Shown here piece by piece: positions 24,180 to 37,785 of a stretch of DNA of 64,000 bases. Origin of the DNA: Octopus vulgaris (taxonomy: Eukaryota); contig OX597823.1 in NCBI GenBank assembly GCA_951406725.2, forward strand, positions 98,456,001 through 98,520,000. The letters run 5' to 3'. Position 1 is the first letter of the stretch. Each line of letters begins with the position of its first letter. A program made the translations under genes and the position numbers. The notes under the pieces were generated by a model. The model saw nothing but the letters and a program-made list of their open reading frames with translations. It was not told the origin of the DNA and made no database searches.

Positions 24180-24416
24180 CCCTTTAGCATTTAATCTCGG
24201 CAGATCTGACCATATCGTATTCTACCTGTTTTATGTTCAAGCCAGTCAGACCTGTTTTATGTTCAAGCCAGTCAGATCTGTTCTCTTACACCTACCCTAC
24301 AATGCCATTCTGAAGATAAACAATCACATGCTTGAAATTTTGAAGCTACAAGATAATGCATGATTAATTCATAACAAAGTGAATAAATAAACATCACATT
24401 TGACCAAATAATCTGA
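24180..24416. mobile_element. piggyBac-type MITE, family 2; right end lost at a SINE insertion
   Basis: TTAA|CCCTTTAGCATTTAA; homologous to 10486-10698; internal perfect 26-bp tandem duplication 24225-24276; a minus-strand family-A SINE follows at 24418-24615. Confidence 0.75.
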
Positions 24417-25104
24417 TTTGGCACAAGGCCAGCAATTTTTAGAGGAGAGTGATAGTCGATTACACCAACCCCAATACTCAACTATTATGTATTACATTGA
24501 TCCTGGAATGGGTGAAAAGCAAAGCTGTCTTCAGCAGAATTTGAACCCTGAATGTAAAACGTTGGAAGAAAGAGCACTAAGCTTTTTGTCTGACATACTA
24601 TGGACTCTACCAGCTCCCCCCCCCCCCCCAGCTGTACCAGTAATATAACAGTCCTTCCCATTTGGTTCTATTTTAGACATGTGGCAAAAACAATGAAAGT
24701 AAACATGTCAATGTAATGAATGTTGGCTGAATATTTTAGAAAATTTTATTGAAATTAAATGTAATATTTGAATCAAATTAAACATTTTGGCCATTGTAAA
24801 ATGAATTTTTTTGCATCTGTTTTCAATGACAACATAGTTGCATTCATTTGTTTAAATTTGAGTATTTGCATACTAATTATTATAGTAATTGCTTTTATAG
24901 CCAGATGCTCTTTTGACCCCTGATGACTCAACCATGAAACTGGTGTGGGTTATTTTGCTATTTAGGTAAGCTGGGCCAACAAGGGAGTCTCTACATAGTT
25001 CCTCGACCTGCTAGAAATAACAGCTAAACTACTCTCTTCCACACACACAAAAAAAAACAGACATGCCCAATCATAAAAATAAAGACACTCTCTACCCTGT
25101 CATC

Positions 25105-25390
25105 TTGTGTTCAGTCCCACTGTGCAGCACCTTGGGTAAATGTCCCCTACTAGGTTGACCAAAACCCCAAATTTGGTAGATGGAAACTGAAAGAAGCCTA
25201 TTGTGTGTGTTTGTGTTTATTCCCCACCATTACATGACAATTAGTTGATTGGTGTACATTCCCATAACTTAACAGTTCAGCAAAAAAGATCTATGGAATA
25301 GGCATCAGGCTTTAAAAAATAAATACTGGTGTTGATTTGTTTAACTAAACCCTTTAAGGCATGGCTATAGTCCAAATGACTGAAATACAT
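25105..25390 (+). mobile_element. Degenerate family-B SINE
   Basis: GTTCAGTCCCACTG...CACCTTGGG...GGAAACTGAAAGAAGCC...GTTCAGCAAAA...AAATGACTGAAA. Confidence 0.7.
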
Positions 25391-26019
25391 CAAAGGAGAT
25401 GGTCTTGGCTGCAAAGCCTTGGGTTATAAATTTCAATCAGAACTGACATGGAGCTAAACTACAGCTAAACCAAATACAACACAATGGCTAACAGCATCTT
25501 AATTTTACATCATCATCAATTTTATTGCTGCTCATATAAGACTTTGCTCTTACTCAGGGCTTTGAAAAATTTAATATGCTTTATGAGAAGAAAATTAATA
25601 TACCCAATGAAATTAAGCTAGCAGTGTAGAGAGGCAGAAACATAATGAAAAGCAAGAAAAAGGAAAAAAAAAATAATGGTAAAGAAAAATCAAATGTGTT
25701 GCTAATAAATTTAAGAATCTACAACCAGATTCTGACTTTAGGTATGGTTCCTGGAGACCAAACTGCTGACCTTGCTCCTTTTTGTCAGTTATGGTTTGTT
25801 GGGTAGAGTTCTAAATTAGTCACTGTTGCTAAGTTTAAAATTAATTCCTTGCCAAAATATCAAGCATAAAGAAAGGAAGAACTGGAATGGACATTAAAGA
25901 ATGAAATCTTATGGAAGCAATAAATCCAATTTTTATTTGGAGTGGCTTCCTAGTGGCTCTCCTACAAGATTTGCTTTCTCTTCTTTCTTTTATAGTTTTC
26001 TGTCTTCTTTTGTGTATGC

Positions 26020-26700
<681 letters not shown>

Positions 26701-27139
26701 TTTATATAACCCATCAACTGTAGACAACTCTAACCTGTCTGCAGTATGTTATGCAGAATTTATCACCAAATTATCAATAATTTGATTCCTGTCATCAAAA
26801 TAGAATTACTGTCTAAACTTTTACACAACTCTACCTCTGACTATCCGTCACTCTATCTTTGCCCCTGTTTCTCTCTCGACATCTTTCAGCACCTTCCACA
26901 ATTATCTACCTCCATCAAAAGAATCCCCACCCAGTACCTAAGCAGCTAACTTTTTCTCAAATCACATTTTACTATCTTAGAGCAGGGAAGGTCTAATTGG
27001 ACAGTGTAGTCCAAGTTATACAGAAAAGATGAGCTGGGCACTGGCAGGATGCATTTGACCATAAGTGTCTGACTGATGACTGATCGTGACTGATTTACGA
27101 TTGAAAGACAAAATAAAATAAAATCTTGAATTTTTCCCC

Positions 27140-27590
27140 TGTTTTCTCTCTCTCATCTATCCTCTCACAGATCACATTCCCACCCATCTCTTTCTTTGCT
27201 CCCTCTGTGGTTTTATCTTTCCATTTTCTGTCTTTCTATCTGTAGGCTCTCCTGCTTGTCAATATCTTTCTTGTCACTCTGCAACTCCCTTTCTCTCTCT
27301 AACTATGCTTTGTCCTCCACCTTTTCCGTCTGTTCTTTTTTCTTTCTATTTTGCACACTCTCCTTCTCTATCTCTGTCTTTCTCTATCTCTCTAAACAAC
27401 TCTATCTTCTCTTTCATTACATCTCTTTTTTTTACTCAAATTCTTTTTTCTTACTTCATGCATATTTCTATCTACATTCTCTCTCTTTATCTCTCTCTCT
27501 CTTTATCTCTCTCTCTTTATCTCTCTCTTTCTCTTTATCTCTCTCTCTCTTTATCTCCCCCCCTCTCTCACTTCCACCCTCTACCAACCT
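27140..27590. repeat. Polypyrimidine (CT-rich) low-complexity tract
   Basis: Includes repeated CTCTCTCTTTAT-like units at about 27478-27556. Confidence 0.85.
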
Positions 27591-28333
27591 TCTGTCATGC
27601 ATGCTTCATTAAAATAACTTATGCTTTGAAGATGCAGACAATTCTTTCCCCCATTTAGCTTATATTAATCTCAAACTGACACAAACTATTTCTGAACACA
27701 GACAAATGATATTGCTGTTAGTCTTGTATTCTAAAGCTAAAGAAATCTTTCATCAACATTCATCATTCATTATTCATCCATTGTTCTCCATCATTATTAT
27801 TGTTGTTTTTGCTCATAATAAACAAAACAAAACAGAAATAATTATTGTATTTTGAGGATGGCATCTCAAAGTAATTAACCTCAGTAATTTATTTTTTTTA
27901 ATTTGCCAATTTTTCATGCCTATTTGTAAACAGATTTCTACATCTCTTATTGATATTTTCTATCACTATTTTGGCAAGTATAGTGAAAAGTATGCTTTGC
28001 TGAGAAAGTCTAATAAGGTTGAAAGGTATCTGGAGTTGTCTCTCATGCTTACCATAAATTTAAAAATAATATTTGTTCATTGCTATGTTGTATATCATCT
28101 TTTCCTCACTGCTTATGTATTTTTGATTGCATTTTTTGATACTATCCATATTACCATATTAAATATGCTAACTATTGTCTTTTAATAAACAGTTTTCATA
28201 AGTAAATTGCATGTGTGCATGCAGAGAGGGAGAAAAAGAGATTAAGTACAGAGGGGGAAGTATAAATATATGACTTTGGAGTGTTTTGACTCCTATCTTT
28301 AGCAAAGCTGGTGTTCTTTAAAAAAAGTACCCT

Positions 28334-28374
<41 letters not shown>

Positions 28375-28426
28375 TTTTGCCTATACATATATATTTATAC
28401 AAAATTAAGGATAAAACCACTATAAT

Positions 28427-28504
28427 GGCACCTTGGGCAAGTGTCTTGGGCTGACCAAAGCCTTGTGAGTGGATTTGGTAGACGAAAACTGAAAGAAGCC
28501 TGTC

Positions 28505-28542
<38 letters not shown>

Positions 28543-28722
28543 ATGTATTCGTGTGTCTGTGTTTGTCTCCACACCATCACTTGAAAACCAATGCTGGTGT
28601 GTTTACATCCCTGTAACTTAGCAGTTCGGCAAAAGTCATTGGTAGAATAAGTACTAAGCTTACAAAGAATAAGTCCTAGGGTCAATTTGTTCAACTAAAG
28701 GCAGTGCTTGAGCATGGCTACA
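28427..28722 (+). mobile_element. 5'-truncated family-B SINE
   Basis: GGCACCTTGGGCAAGTGTCTT...GTGAGTGGATTTGGTAGACG...GTAACTTAGCAGTTCGGCAAAA...CTAAAGGCAGTGCTTGAGCATGGC. Confidence 0.85.
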
Positions 28723-29417
28723 TACAAAAATTACAAAATTGTTCATCTATGGGCCGTTTCAGAGATGTGCCAATTAATATGAGACATTTCATATATTCGA
28801 AACTGACACTCGTCTCATCAGGATGATTTTTACACGCAATATACAATACATAGAAACAAATGTACAATTACATACCAGCTATGTGCGAGAGAACCCATAG
28901 ATGAACATTCTACAAAATTTGTATTGCGATGCTCAGCAACATGCACTAAGTATTGTAAGCAGCAGAGTTCATATGCACAGCAACTCATACACACTGCAAC
29001 AAAAACATTCACTTGTACACATGCACATACATAAATGCAAACACACAAGAGGATGCATGCATGATTGTAATATACTTCCATGACCACCTATTAATTTTGT
29101 TTTCATGCAAATTCTAACAGTTTGACAGACTACAAAGTGGCTCCCTTCCTGACTGGTCCCACAACGTGTAGTGGCATAATACATATAGTACACCAGGTGT
29201 GAGGTCATTGTTGGTGAGCCTTGGTTGTATTTTGCCAGTTGCTTCTCTAATGAATGCTAAATCCATTCTGCTTATCACTGGTTATCAAAATGTTTCTAGA
29301 AGATTGTTGTTTTGTAATATTTTGGCAACTATCATATTCGCAGGTATATTCATTGTTTAGTTGTATATGGGAGTTCTTGTTAAGGTACTCATATTCAGTA
29401 GTTACAGTTGTCCTTAC

Positions 29418-29586
29418 CAGGGCCCTCTTAGCAGCATCATAGACCCCTGGGCAAACCAATGCACTGAGTCCTATAATATTTGTCTATTGACAGTAAGCAA
29501 CAACATACACAGCTCACAATTGGCTCCCAAGACACATGAGGCTCCAAGGCAACTGCCCAGTGTACCCATGCCTTAAGCAAACATTG
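29418..29586. mobile_element. Degenerate hAT-like MITE
   Basis: Starts CAGGGCCCTCTTA and ends TTAAGCAAACATTG; 8-bp flanks GTCCTTAC / GTTGTTAC match at 6 of 8. Confidence 0.45.
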
Positions 29587-32500
29587 GTTGTTACTCGTAA
29601 TCTGCTTTTGACTTAAGTGTTGCTATATTAATTCGACTGTTGATTATGTAAAGAGTTGGTTTTGGTGTTATATTTCCCATTATCTTAAATGAAGTGCCTT
29701 GGTTTTAAATTTTTATAGTGTGTCGCTGATTATAATTTATTCTTAGAGTTGGTATCATGTATATTTTATGCAATTAACTTCCTTAAAACTCTTTCAGCAG
29801 TTTCATAATGAGTATTCATGTGACTGTTGTTGTAGACAATATGTATTTTGTCTAGTGTTTGTTGGAGGTGAAGGAATTATTTACTCTCCGGTTGTATTTA
29901 TTGTTTGTTGTATCTACCATTTTGTTTACATATTGTTATTGATTGGATTTCATATTTCATCCCTCTTGAAGCAATAGAATAATTATTACACCAGGCATAT
30001 TACTGAGATCAATTCAATGAAGATGCCTTCACTTATTAATTTATAGCTTTGAGCCAATATAAACAAATCAATATTAGATCAGGAAATGAGAACTGAATCC
30101 ATAATTTTAAAGATATCCTTTTTCTGTGGATGAACAGTTTAAATTAATTTGGTAATGATGTTTTAAATTTCTGTCAGATTAGTGTAGTTATAAAAGCCCA
30201 GTGTTTCAGAAAAAAAAAGGGGGGGGGGCAAAAACATCAGAATGCTATATAAAAGACAAAGCAAGTATAACAGAAATTATTTTGTAAACAGTTTTAATGT
30301 TTAGATCCTGATATGGCAAAGATGTAGGCAGTCAAATGCTCAGAAATGACTCACAACTTAACAACTTCATCTTATTTTTCAGTTATCTCTTCACAATTAC
30401 TGTGAAGTAATGATAAATGGTCAGTGAGTCAAATCTGAAATCTTGCCTCCATTCTGGTCCGAGCTATTTCACTTCACTTTAATGTTCTTAGTAGGGTTAT
30501 GAATTCCATGACTATAATGCTCAACCCTTCCTCTTAAATATTTGGCTTTGTGTTGACCTTGGAAACAAAACAAATCCATTGTACCTGCACTCAAAAAATA
30601 TTGACATCATAGTATAACTTTCAGTATCAGTTGACCAATGAAAGCACCTCTATGTGATCACTCAGCTTGCTAGAAATAAGCTACTTATATCATGTCTTAC
30701 TATCTTAAAAGAAATTATGGACAAATAAGGAGAATGTAATTCTGGATAGTGTAGCTAAAAAGGGATGCCTTCATTAAGATCCTCTCAGTCATTGCTAACA
30801 CTGCTACTTAACAATACCAGCAAGTATCAATGATGTGAGAGTGAAAACATTTCTACTAACACTTACCAAGGTATCACTGCAGAAATAAGTGAGGTTAGAG
30901 ATTTGTGAGGGAAAATCTGTGATGTCTCAGATAAATGTCTAAATAAATAAGTTGTCATTTCTTAGGAACTTCTAAATTTGTATGTTTATATCATCTTACT
31001 TTCATTTAGCTGCCTTCTCAAGCAAAGCACTGAATTCTGTTTTAAACTTGCTGTATTTTCCTGCATACAAATCAATGTAGTATATAGTGTAAATATTCAA
31101 ACATTGTCACTTATCTTTTCAAATCCTGCTACATTTCACATGGAATTTTTGGCCGTCTTTCTAGGTGTATAAGTCAACCTACCTTTTTTGGCTGTAAATT
31201 TTGGCCTGAAAAATTTGACTTGTATGCCATAAAATATATTTCAACCAAGGTATATCTATGTCAATCTATATACTTATGTCTGCCTACTAAAAGATCAGAC
31301 CTGTTCTTTCAATTAAATGATTTACAGATTAGAGATAATGATCTTCTAATGATGCTTCATAAGTTAGACATTCTGAAGAGGAGATGGGTTGTAACATATC
31401 ATAAAGAGACCCAACAACTAGATCATAAATAGTTAAGGAACTGAACAACTTAGATAGAAGTTCTTTCATTGCTTAAAGAATTTGATTTTGATAGAATTAA
31501 GACTGAGGAATAATAGAACTTTTATTGTAATCTATTGATTTTCTTTTTTAAGTCTACAGTTGACATTTAAATGTTCAAAATGTTCTTGTACCTTTTACAT
31601 AGCTGGGATGTAAATCATAAGAATGAAATTTATTTTCTCCAACTACTCTCTGCAATTGAGACTGCTGTCATTGATTTATTTCTTTTTATCATAAGTTGAT
31701 ATTAGCTTTTCATTAGTTGGGAAGGTCTTCAAATTTCAGTTGTTTAAGGAAAATACGTTAGGTTTAAAACCTTTCATAATGACATTAAAAATGGTATCTA
31801 TCTTTTATTTCCAAAAACGAAATCTATCTTTTAGTTTGACATCAGGGTGGTGAATTGACAGAGTTGTTAGAGCATTGGATAAAATATCTCATGGTATTTG
31901 TTCAGACTCTTTAGATTTTAAGTTCAAGTCCCACCAAAGTCAACTTTGCCTTTCACCTTTTTGGGAGTTGATAAAAAAAGTATCTACTCAGGGTGGTAGG
32001 TCAGGAATGGTTAGAATGTTAGACGGGATGCCCTGGGGTATCTGGTCTGACTCTTTTTCATTTGACTACAACAATACCTGTGATGATACTGGTATTGAAC
32101 TGTGTTGGCTTGACTCAATGACCTTTCTCTACAACAACATTAATAGCAAGGAGACTTGGCTGCATTCACAGTTAATGTTCCACAAAAGAACTTTGCCCAG
32201 GCTTGCACATACAGGTCCAGATAAATCGTCAACCTGACCAAAGGAAATCCTGGTGAGTTTGGCATAACTAAAAGTACAAGACTGATGCTAAATACAATGT
32301 TTATAGTTGGGAATGACCTAATAGACCTTAATATTAAAGATATAAAGTATCACTTTAGAAATCTATTATTTAATTACCACATTATCTTGCATTTGGATAT
32401 GAAATATTTTCATTAGAATTTAAAACTTATTTTCAAGAGTAGCCCCGTGGACTTTAAATGTGAGAATGAATTATATTCTGAGATGGAAATGGTATGGTAA

Positions 32501-33150
32501 TGATATTGTCAATTATACTGACATGAAGCATGCTAATCCTAATTAATAGAATTCTTGCAGTGATTATTCTTATGTAAATGTCTCTCTTAATTATGTGTCT
32601 TAAGTTCTGAAATGAGTTGTTAATACGATTTTCTGGACCATTAATTAACCTGACAGATATTAGAGCTTTAGTCAGATAACATCATTAATTTAGAAATAAA
32701 TGTTTCTAGTTCGAATCCAATCTAGAAAATTGTACACTTATCAGAGAAATAAAATACCGGATGATAATCAAAGTGATCAAAATGTTGAGTAAATGTAAAT
32801 ATTATGAATATACATTTTCCAAATGAATTTAATAATCTGAAAAATTTTTAATCTTGCATTTTTGACTGATATTTTGCAATATATTCTGTTAGTCATTTGG
32901 TTGGGGATAATAGTAGTGACAGTGGGTTCCTATTATGTATATGTATTTCTGATATGTACCAAGTGTAAATTGGACATTTGCTGCAATTAAAACAAATTTC
33001 TAATGTTTTCTTCAGTCTGAACTCCAATCACAATCAATGATTTTTGACCATGTAATTGGTAATACTGACTCAAATGCTAACTGGTAATATTGACCCCTGT
33101 TTTGATCCCCTAATTCTATAATACAAATACCTTTGTCTTTCAGCTCATAT

Positions 33151-33398
33151 CACTGGCTTGGGAATGAAATTTGCTTAGGGGGTGCAAACCCAGGTCCAAA
33201 AATATTTACAAAAAAAGTTTTTTTTTATATTTTTGTGTTTTGTTCTTTGAGAAGGCAACCTAACTTCAAGCTACTTTTTACACATCGCTTTTTATTTACC
33301 GCTTTCTAAACCCGAGGAAAATAAGTAGGGTTCCGCACTCCACAAAAATTCTAGTGGGTGCACTTGCACTACCTGCACCCCCTGTTCCCGGGCCCATG
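33151..33398. mobile_element. hAT-type non-autonomous DNA transposon
   Basis: Perfect 8-bp TSD GCTCATAT (33143-33150, 33399-33406); imperfect TIRs CACTGGCTTGGGAA / TTCCCGGGCCCATG. Confidence 0.8.
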
Positions 33399-35462
33399 GC
33401 TCATATATGTGGTTTGCTTAACCAGTGAATCTTACAATAGCATAATAAATCATCCCATTCCACTTAGAGGCCCTTTGAAATTTCTTTACATTTATCTATT
33501 ATTTTTCTCCTACTACATTTTTTTGTCACACTTCAATCACGTTCTTCAATTTTAGAAAATGTGCACATAAGTTTTGTTGGCAACAGTGACAGTATAAGAA
33601 TCGCAGTTGAGTGTTTATTCTTTCTTTATTAAGACAACAAATTTTTGAGAGTCAATCATATATGGCACACTGTTTGTTCATAACTATGCTGCTAAGTTCT
33701 ACATAAGTTAAATCAAAACCACATATTGTTGATTTGACAGAAAATAGATCTTCCCACTCTTGTTATCCAATGCTTCAGTTTTAAAACCAGTAACTCTTCC
33801 CGTATCATAAAGTTAGCCATTAACTTATATAAAAATATAATTGTTCTTTATTATATCTGTCATTTCATCAATGGCTATCATATAAAACACCAATTCTGAT
33901 GCTGCTTATTTTATGGATACTTGGATTAGTTGACGTCTTTTGTATGATCAGAAAGTGTCGTCTGTCATAACATCTCAAGCAAATCTGCACATTCACTAGA
34001 GTTAAAATTTGTGTGGCATTCTTTAACAAACTTACTTTTGATGTGTTGTTTCACTACTTTTGTGCAATAATTCGCACACACTTCAAAGCTTCATAAATAT
34101 GTCTTGTGAAAATAAATTACTGTTTGCATAAAGATTCATTTAAAAATGCTAGCTTGTCTAGATACAGAATTTCTTTTGGACTTGTGATTTCATATGCTTG
34201 ATCAAATAATGGCATTTAAGATTGTACTTTTTATGAACTGTAATCAAATCTTTGATAATAAGACAAACAAACTGTCCATTTACTTCTATTAAAGATATAA
34301 TCATTTGTCATTTTTCTTATATAAAACAAAGAAATTTCTGCTGGCAACTATTTTTCTTTTATTATTACTTTTATTCTTTTATTATTACTCATTATTATAG
34401 AAGGGGTTGTTCGTTTCATGCATTCCAAAATATTGATGGAAGATCTTTAATAAAAAAAAGGGAAATGAATAAGTAAATGCTAACCGTTGCTTGAAATAAA
34501 AATGCAATTATTACATCTTCAATTCCTCACAAGATGTTTATATCTTGTGTAATGTTGAAAGCAACTTGTATTGAATTATTGTTTTGGGTCTTAAAGTTTA
34601 ATCTGTTTATTTTTACATGAGTTTTTAAGGAACTTTGTCAGTGGGTAGTCTCAGATTTAAATGTGGAAAAAATGTTTCTCACAAATGAGTTGCTTTTCTC
34701 TTTCTTAGCATAGAGGCATCCTCGTTGTACATGGTATTAATGCAGAGCAATGTACTTTGTCAGCGTAATGCACCACTTGGCTTCCAATGACGAAAAAATA
34801 TAACATCATCTCTTATTTTGGTGTAATTGGATATTTTTAAAGTTGAAAATAAGATCCTGATAAAACAGTTAACCTATATAAAATTAGCATCAAACTGAAA
34901 TAACTACTCCTGTCTAAGTAGTTCAAATGTACCAAATGATAAATAAATATAAAAAATATATCAAACAAAAATATATTGCAATTAAAGTTAAATAAATAAA
35001 TAAATATTGATTTAGAATATTGGAAATAATATTTTAATCATGTGATAAGTAAAAGAATACCATGCTTTCCTTCAAAAAATAAATTTACTTTTTTCTTAAA
35101 TTTTATATTGGGACTTCTTTAGAATTTTTTTATAGACATCAATCAATATTACAAGTGCACTGAATATATGGCTTACAACAATGTAAACAGCTTAAACTTA
35201 AAGGTTGTGTATGGACTGCCACGATGATTCACTGGATGGTTAAGTTCTAGTACCCAAGTGACCTAGTAATAGTGAAACTTCTAAAATGACATGTTGAACA
35301 TTATTTGAACATTATAAGAAATTTTATTTTTTTTTTTTTTACATTTCTACTTAAATGGCTTTGCTTGCACTATTTTTATTTTCTTATTGGATTTTAGTTG
35401 CTGAGACTCTTAGTTGAAACATTTTAAAATCAATCATTGAAACTCCAATACATATCAATACT

Positions 35463-35511
<49 letters not shown>

Positions 35512-36854
35512 AGTGGAGGTGCAATGGCCCAGTGGTTATACACACATACACACACACAGTCATATATTTACACACACACACGTGTGTATATGGTTTGATC
35601 AATAAGTGTCCAGACTGTTGCCATAGTAATGAAACTAAAGCATTGAGAGTGAAGCTGCTTGGCAGGGCTTGACCTTGAACTCTGTTGTACATGCATTCTA
35701 AGTTTTAATGTTCTACCTCACTTCCTTCAACTGTACAATGCAACACACTTATGTAGCTAGGTGTACCATGAAAATAATAAAATTACATTTGAAAAATATG
35801 AGAAATATGAACTCAAATTATTGATAATTATGCTTCATTTATTGAATAAATAAGTGCTTAATTAGTTTTCTGTAGATTAATTTAAGTTTATAGGCTAACT
35901 ATGATATACTGATACCATTTAAAAAAACATATTTAGCCGAATTTGTCAATATATTCGTATTTGTTGTAAAGCACACTGTGAGGTAAAGAAGACAAAAAAT
36001 AGGGAGTCACTGGCTTAGAGAATGTGAACTCTATGAAAATTTACATAAACAGACTAGTGAAGGTTTATGTTTGGTAAGGCACTTAAATTGGGCTGCAGGA
36101 AGTCACACTTTGTAAGACATAGACGAATACACTATTCTTCAGAGCTAACTCATGTCACCTTGACAAAACAAGGTGACTATGAATGATGATGATGATGATG
36201 ATAATGGTGGTGGTGGTGGTGATAGGTATAAGAAACTACACTGTTTGTTATCTTTTTGTTCAAAGTTTAGGTCAGTGGTTTGATAAGCATGATTTCTGCA
36301 ACATTCCTGTTGTTATTTGTATCTAATCATCAGCCAACACACAGGTGAGGGAAGGGAAGCATTAATTATGTATCTCTCTTGTTTTCGAAGTCTTATTTAC
36401 ATGGGACAACATTCTGCATCTAGAATTGACCTGGTAAGTGTAACTTTATCTCCATTAGATAGTTAATTCACTTTTCTGAATTTAGAATCCATGTAACATA
36501 ATATGATCTTTTAGATCCCATGTTGTATGTTGCTCATAAGATATTCTCAGCAAATTGTATTTCGCTTATATGGATTTAAATATTAATTTCTTTTCATAAA
36601 ATAATGACACTGATGATGATGATAATATTTTCTCAGAATTAGCTCAAGGTTATAAGTTTGTAAAGGTCGGTTATAGGCAGTTGAAACATCATGGTGTACT
36701 ACTAGTGCATATTAGAACTTAGAATATAAAGAGGCATGTGACTAAATACTACAGAGTATGTAACTCAATGGCACTCTTACTGTTTCTAGCAACCTGCCAC
36801 CTGTAAAATAAGAACATCACCACCAATGATGATGACGAATATGATGACGACTCT

Positions 36855-37110
36855 GTATCCTTCTTTTACTACCAATGGAAGTGCTCTGATAAATGTTCTC
36901 AGTTCTGGATCACTTTGTGCCATCTCACTTGACTTGAAATTCACAGCATCTTCATCCAAATGCTGTTGTGCTTCCACAAATAAAGAAGTCTTTCTACTTT
37001 TGTAGCTTTTCCCCTCACACTACCAGACTTTAGAAATTCTTTCCCATCTCATTGTTTTTCCCCTTCTTATGACCTGAACTCTATTAAGTTTGAAGTAAAT
37101 TCATTCCTTT
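36855..37110 (+). mobile_element. CR1/Jockey-like LINE 3' remnant
   Basis: Frameshifted translation HPNAVVLPQIKKSFYFCSFSPHTTRL*/NSFPSHCF/PSYDLNSIKFEVN resembles the SFFPRTxxLWNxLP...YDLxxFK RT C-terminal motif. Confidence 0.6.
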
Positions 37111-37357
37111 CATCCCTATTTCTCCTTCTTCATAGTCCTTTTGTTTGGAACTTTCAGTTAAATTCATCATCATTATTATTCTTATTCATATACACACAAC
37201 AAATTAGACTGTTGGAAAAGAAAAAAATCCTAATATCCGGCTACAAGTAACCTTAGATGCCAAGAACCCTCCTAAGTATCCTAGCTGTCCCTAATAACAC
37301 TGTTTTCTGGAGCTGTACTAAACTGGGATGTTTTTACTTATTATTATTATTTTTTAA

Positions 37358-37532
37358 GGTGGTGAGCTTGCAGAATTGTTAGCACACCAGGTGAAATGCT
37401 TAGCAGTATTTCATCTGTCTTTGTGTTCTGAGTTCAAATTCTGCCACGGTTGACTTTGCTTTTCATCCTTTTGGGGTCGATAAATTAAGTACCAATGAAA
37501 CAAAATTGCCGCCCCTGTGGAAAAATTTGAAC

Positions 37533-37568
<36 letters not shown>

Positions 37569-37785
37569 AATAATAATTCTTACTAATTTTGGTACAAGGC
37601 CAGCAATTTTGAGAGGTGGGGGACAAGTTAATTACATCAACCCCCAGTCTGACTGGAACTATATTTTATCAACTCTGTGAGGATAAAAGGCAAAGTTGAC
37701 CTCTGTAGTAATTGAACTCAGAACCAGAAGAAATGTTGCTAAGCATTTGGTCTGGCACACTAATGATTGTATCCACTTGTTGCCT
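37358..37785. mobile_element. Two family-A SINEs in inverted, tail-to-tail orientation around (ATT)n
   Basis: Plus copy 37358-37532, (ATT)n about 37533-37564, minus copy 37588-37785. Confidence 0.8.

Noticed and set aside
24950-24971. TTTTGCTATTTAG|GTAAGC and similar AG|GT motifs as recursive splice sites; also an 11-nt minus-strand microexon at 8616-8626
   Set aside because: Such motifs are expected by chance in 64 kb of AT-rich DNA, and no host gene is established.
27196-27658. 138-aa and 117-aa Leu/Ser/Phe-rich ORFs resembling membrane proteins
   Set aside because: Artefacts of a CT-rich tract; the same applies to 51849-52139 and 62923-63255.
28779-28825. Minus-strand CTGATGA...GAA hammerhead-like motif (also CTGATGA at 12134)
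   Set aside because: No convincing stem II closing directly onto GAAA and poor stem I; at best decayed.
36790-37005. Apparent acceptor plus 71-codon plus-strand frame, and the 63-aa minus ORF
   Set aside because: The acceptor is the 5' end of a decayed minus-strand SINE, and the body is (GAT)n plus a CR1/Jockey-like LINE remnant in another frame.
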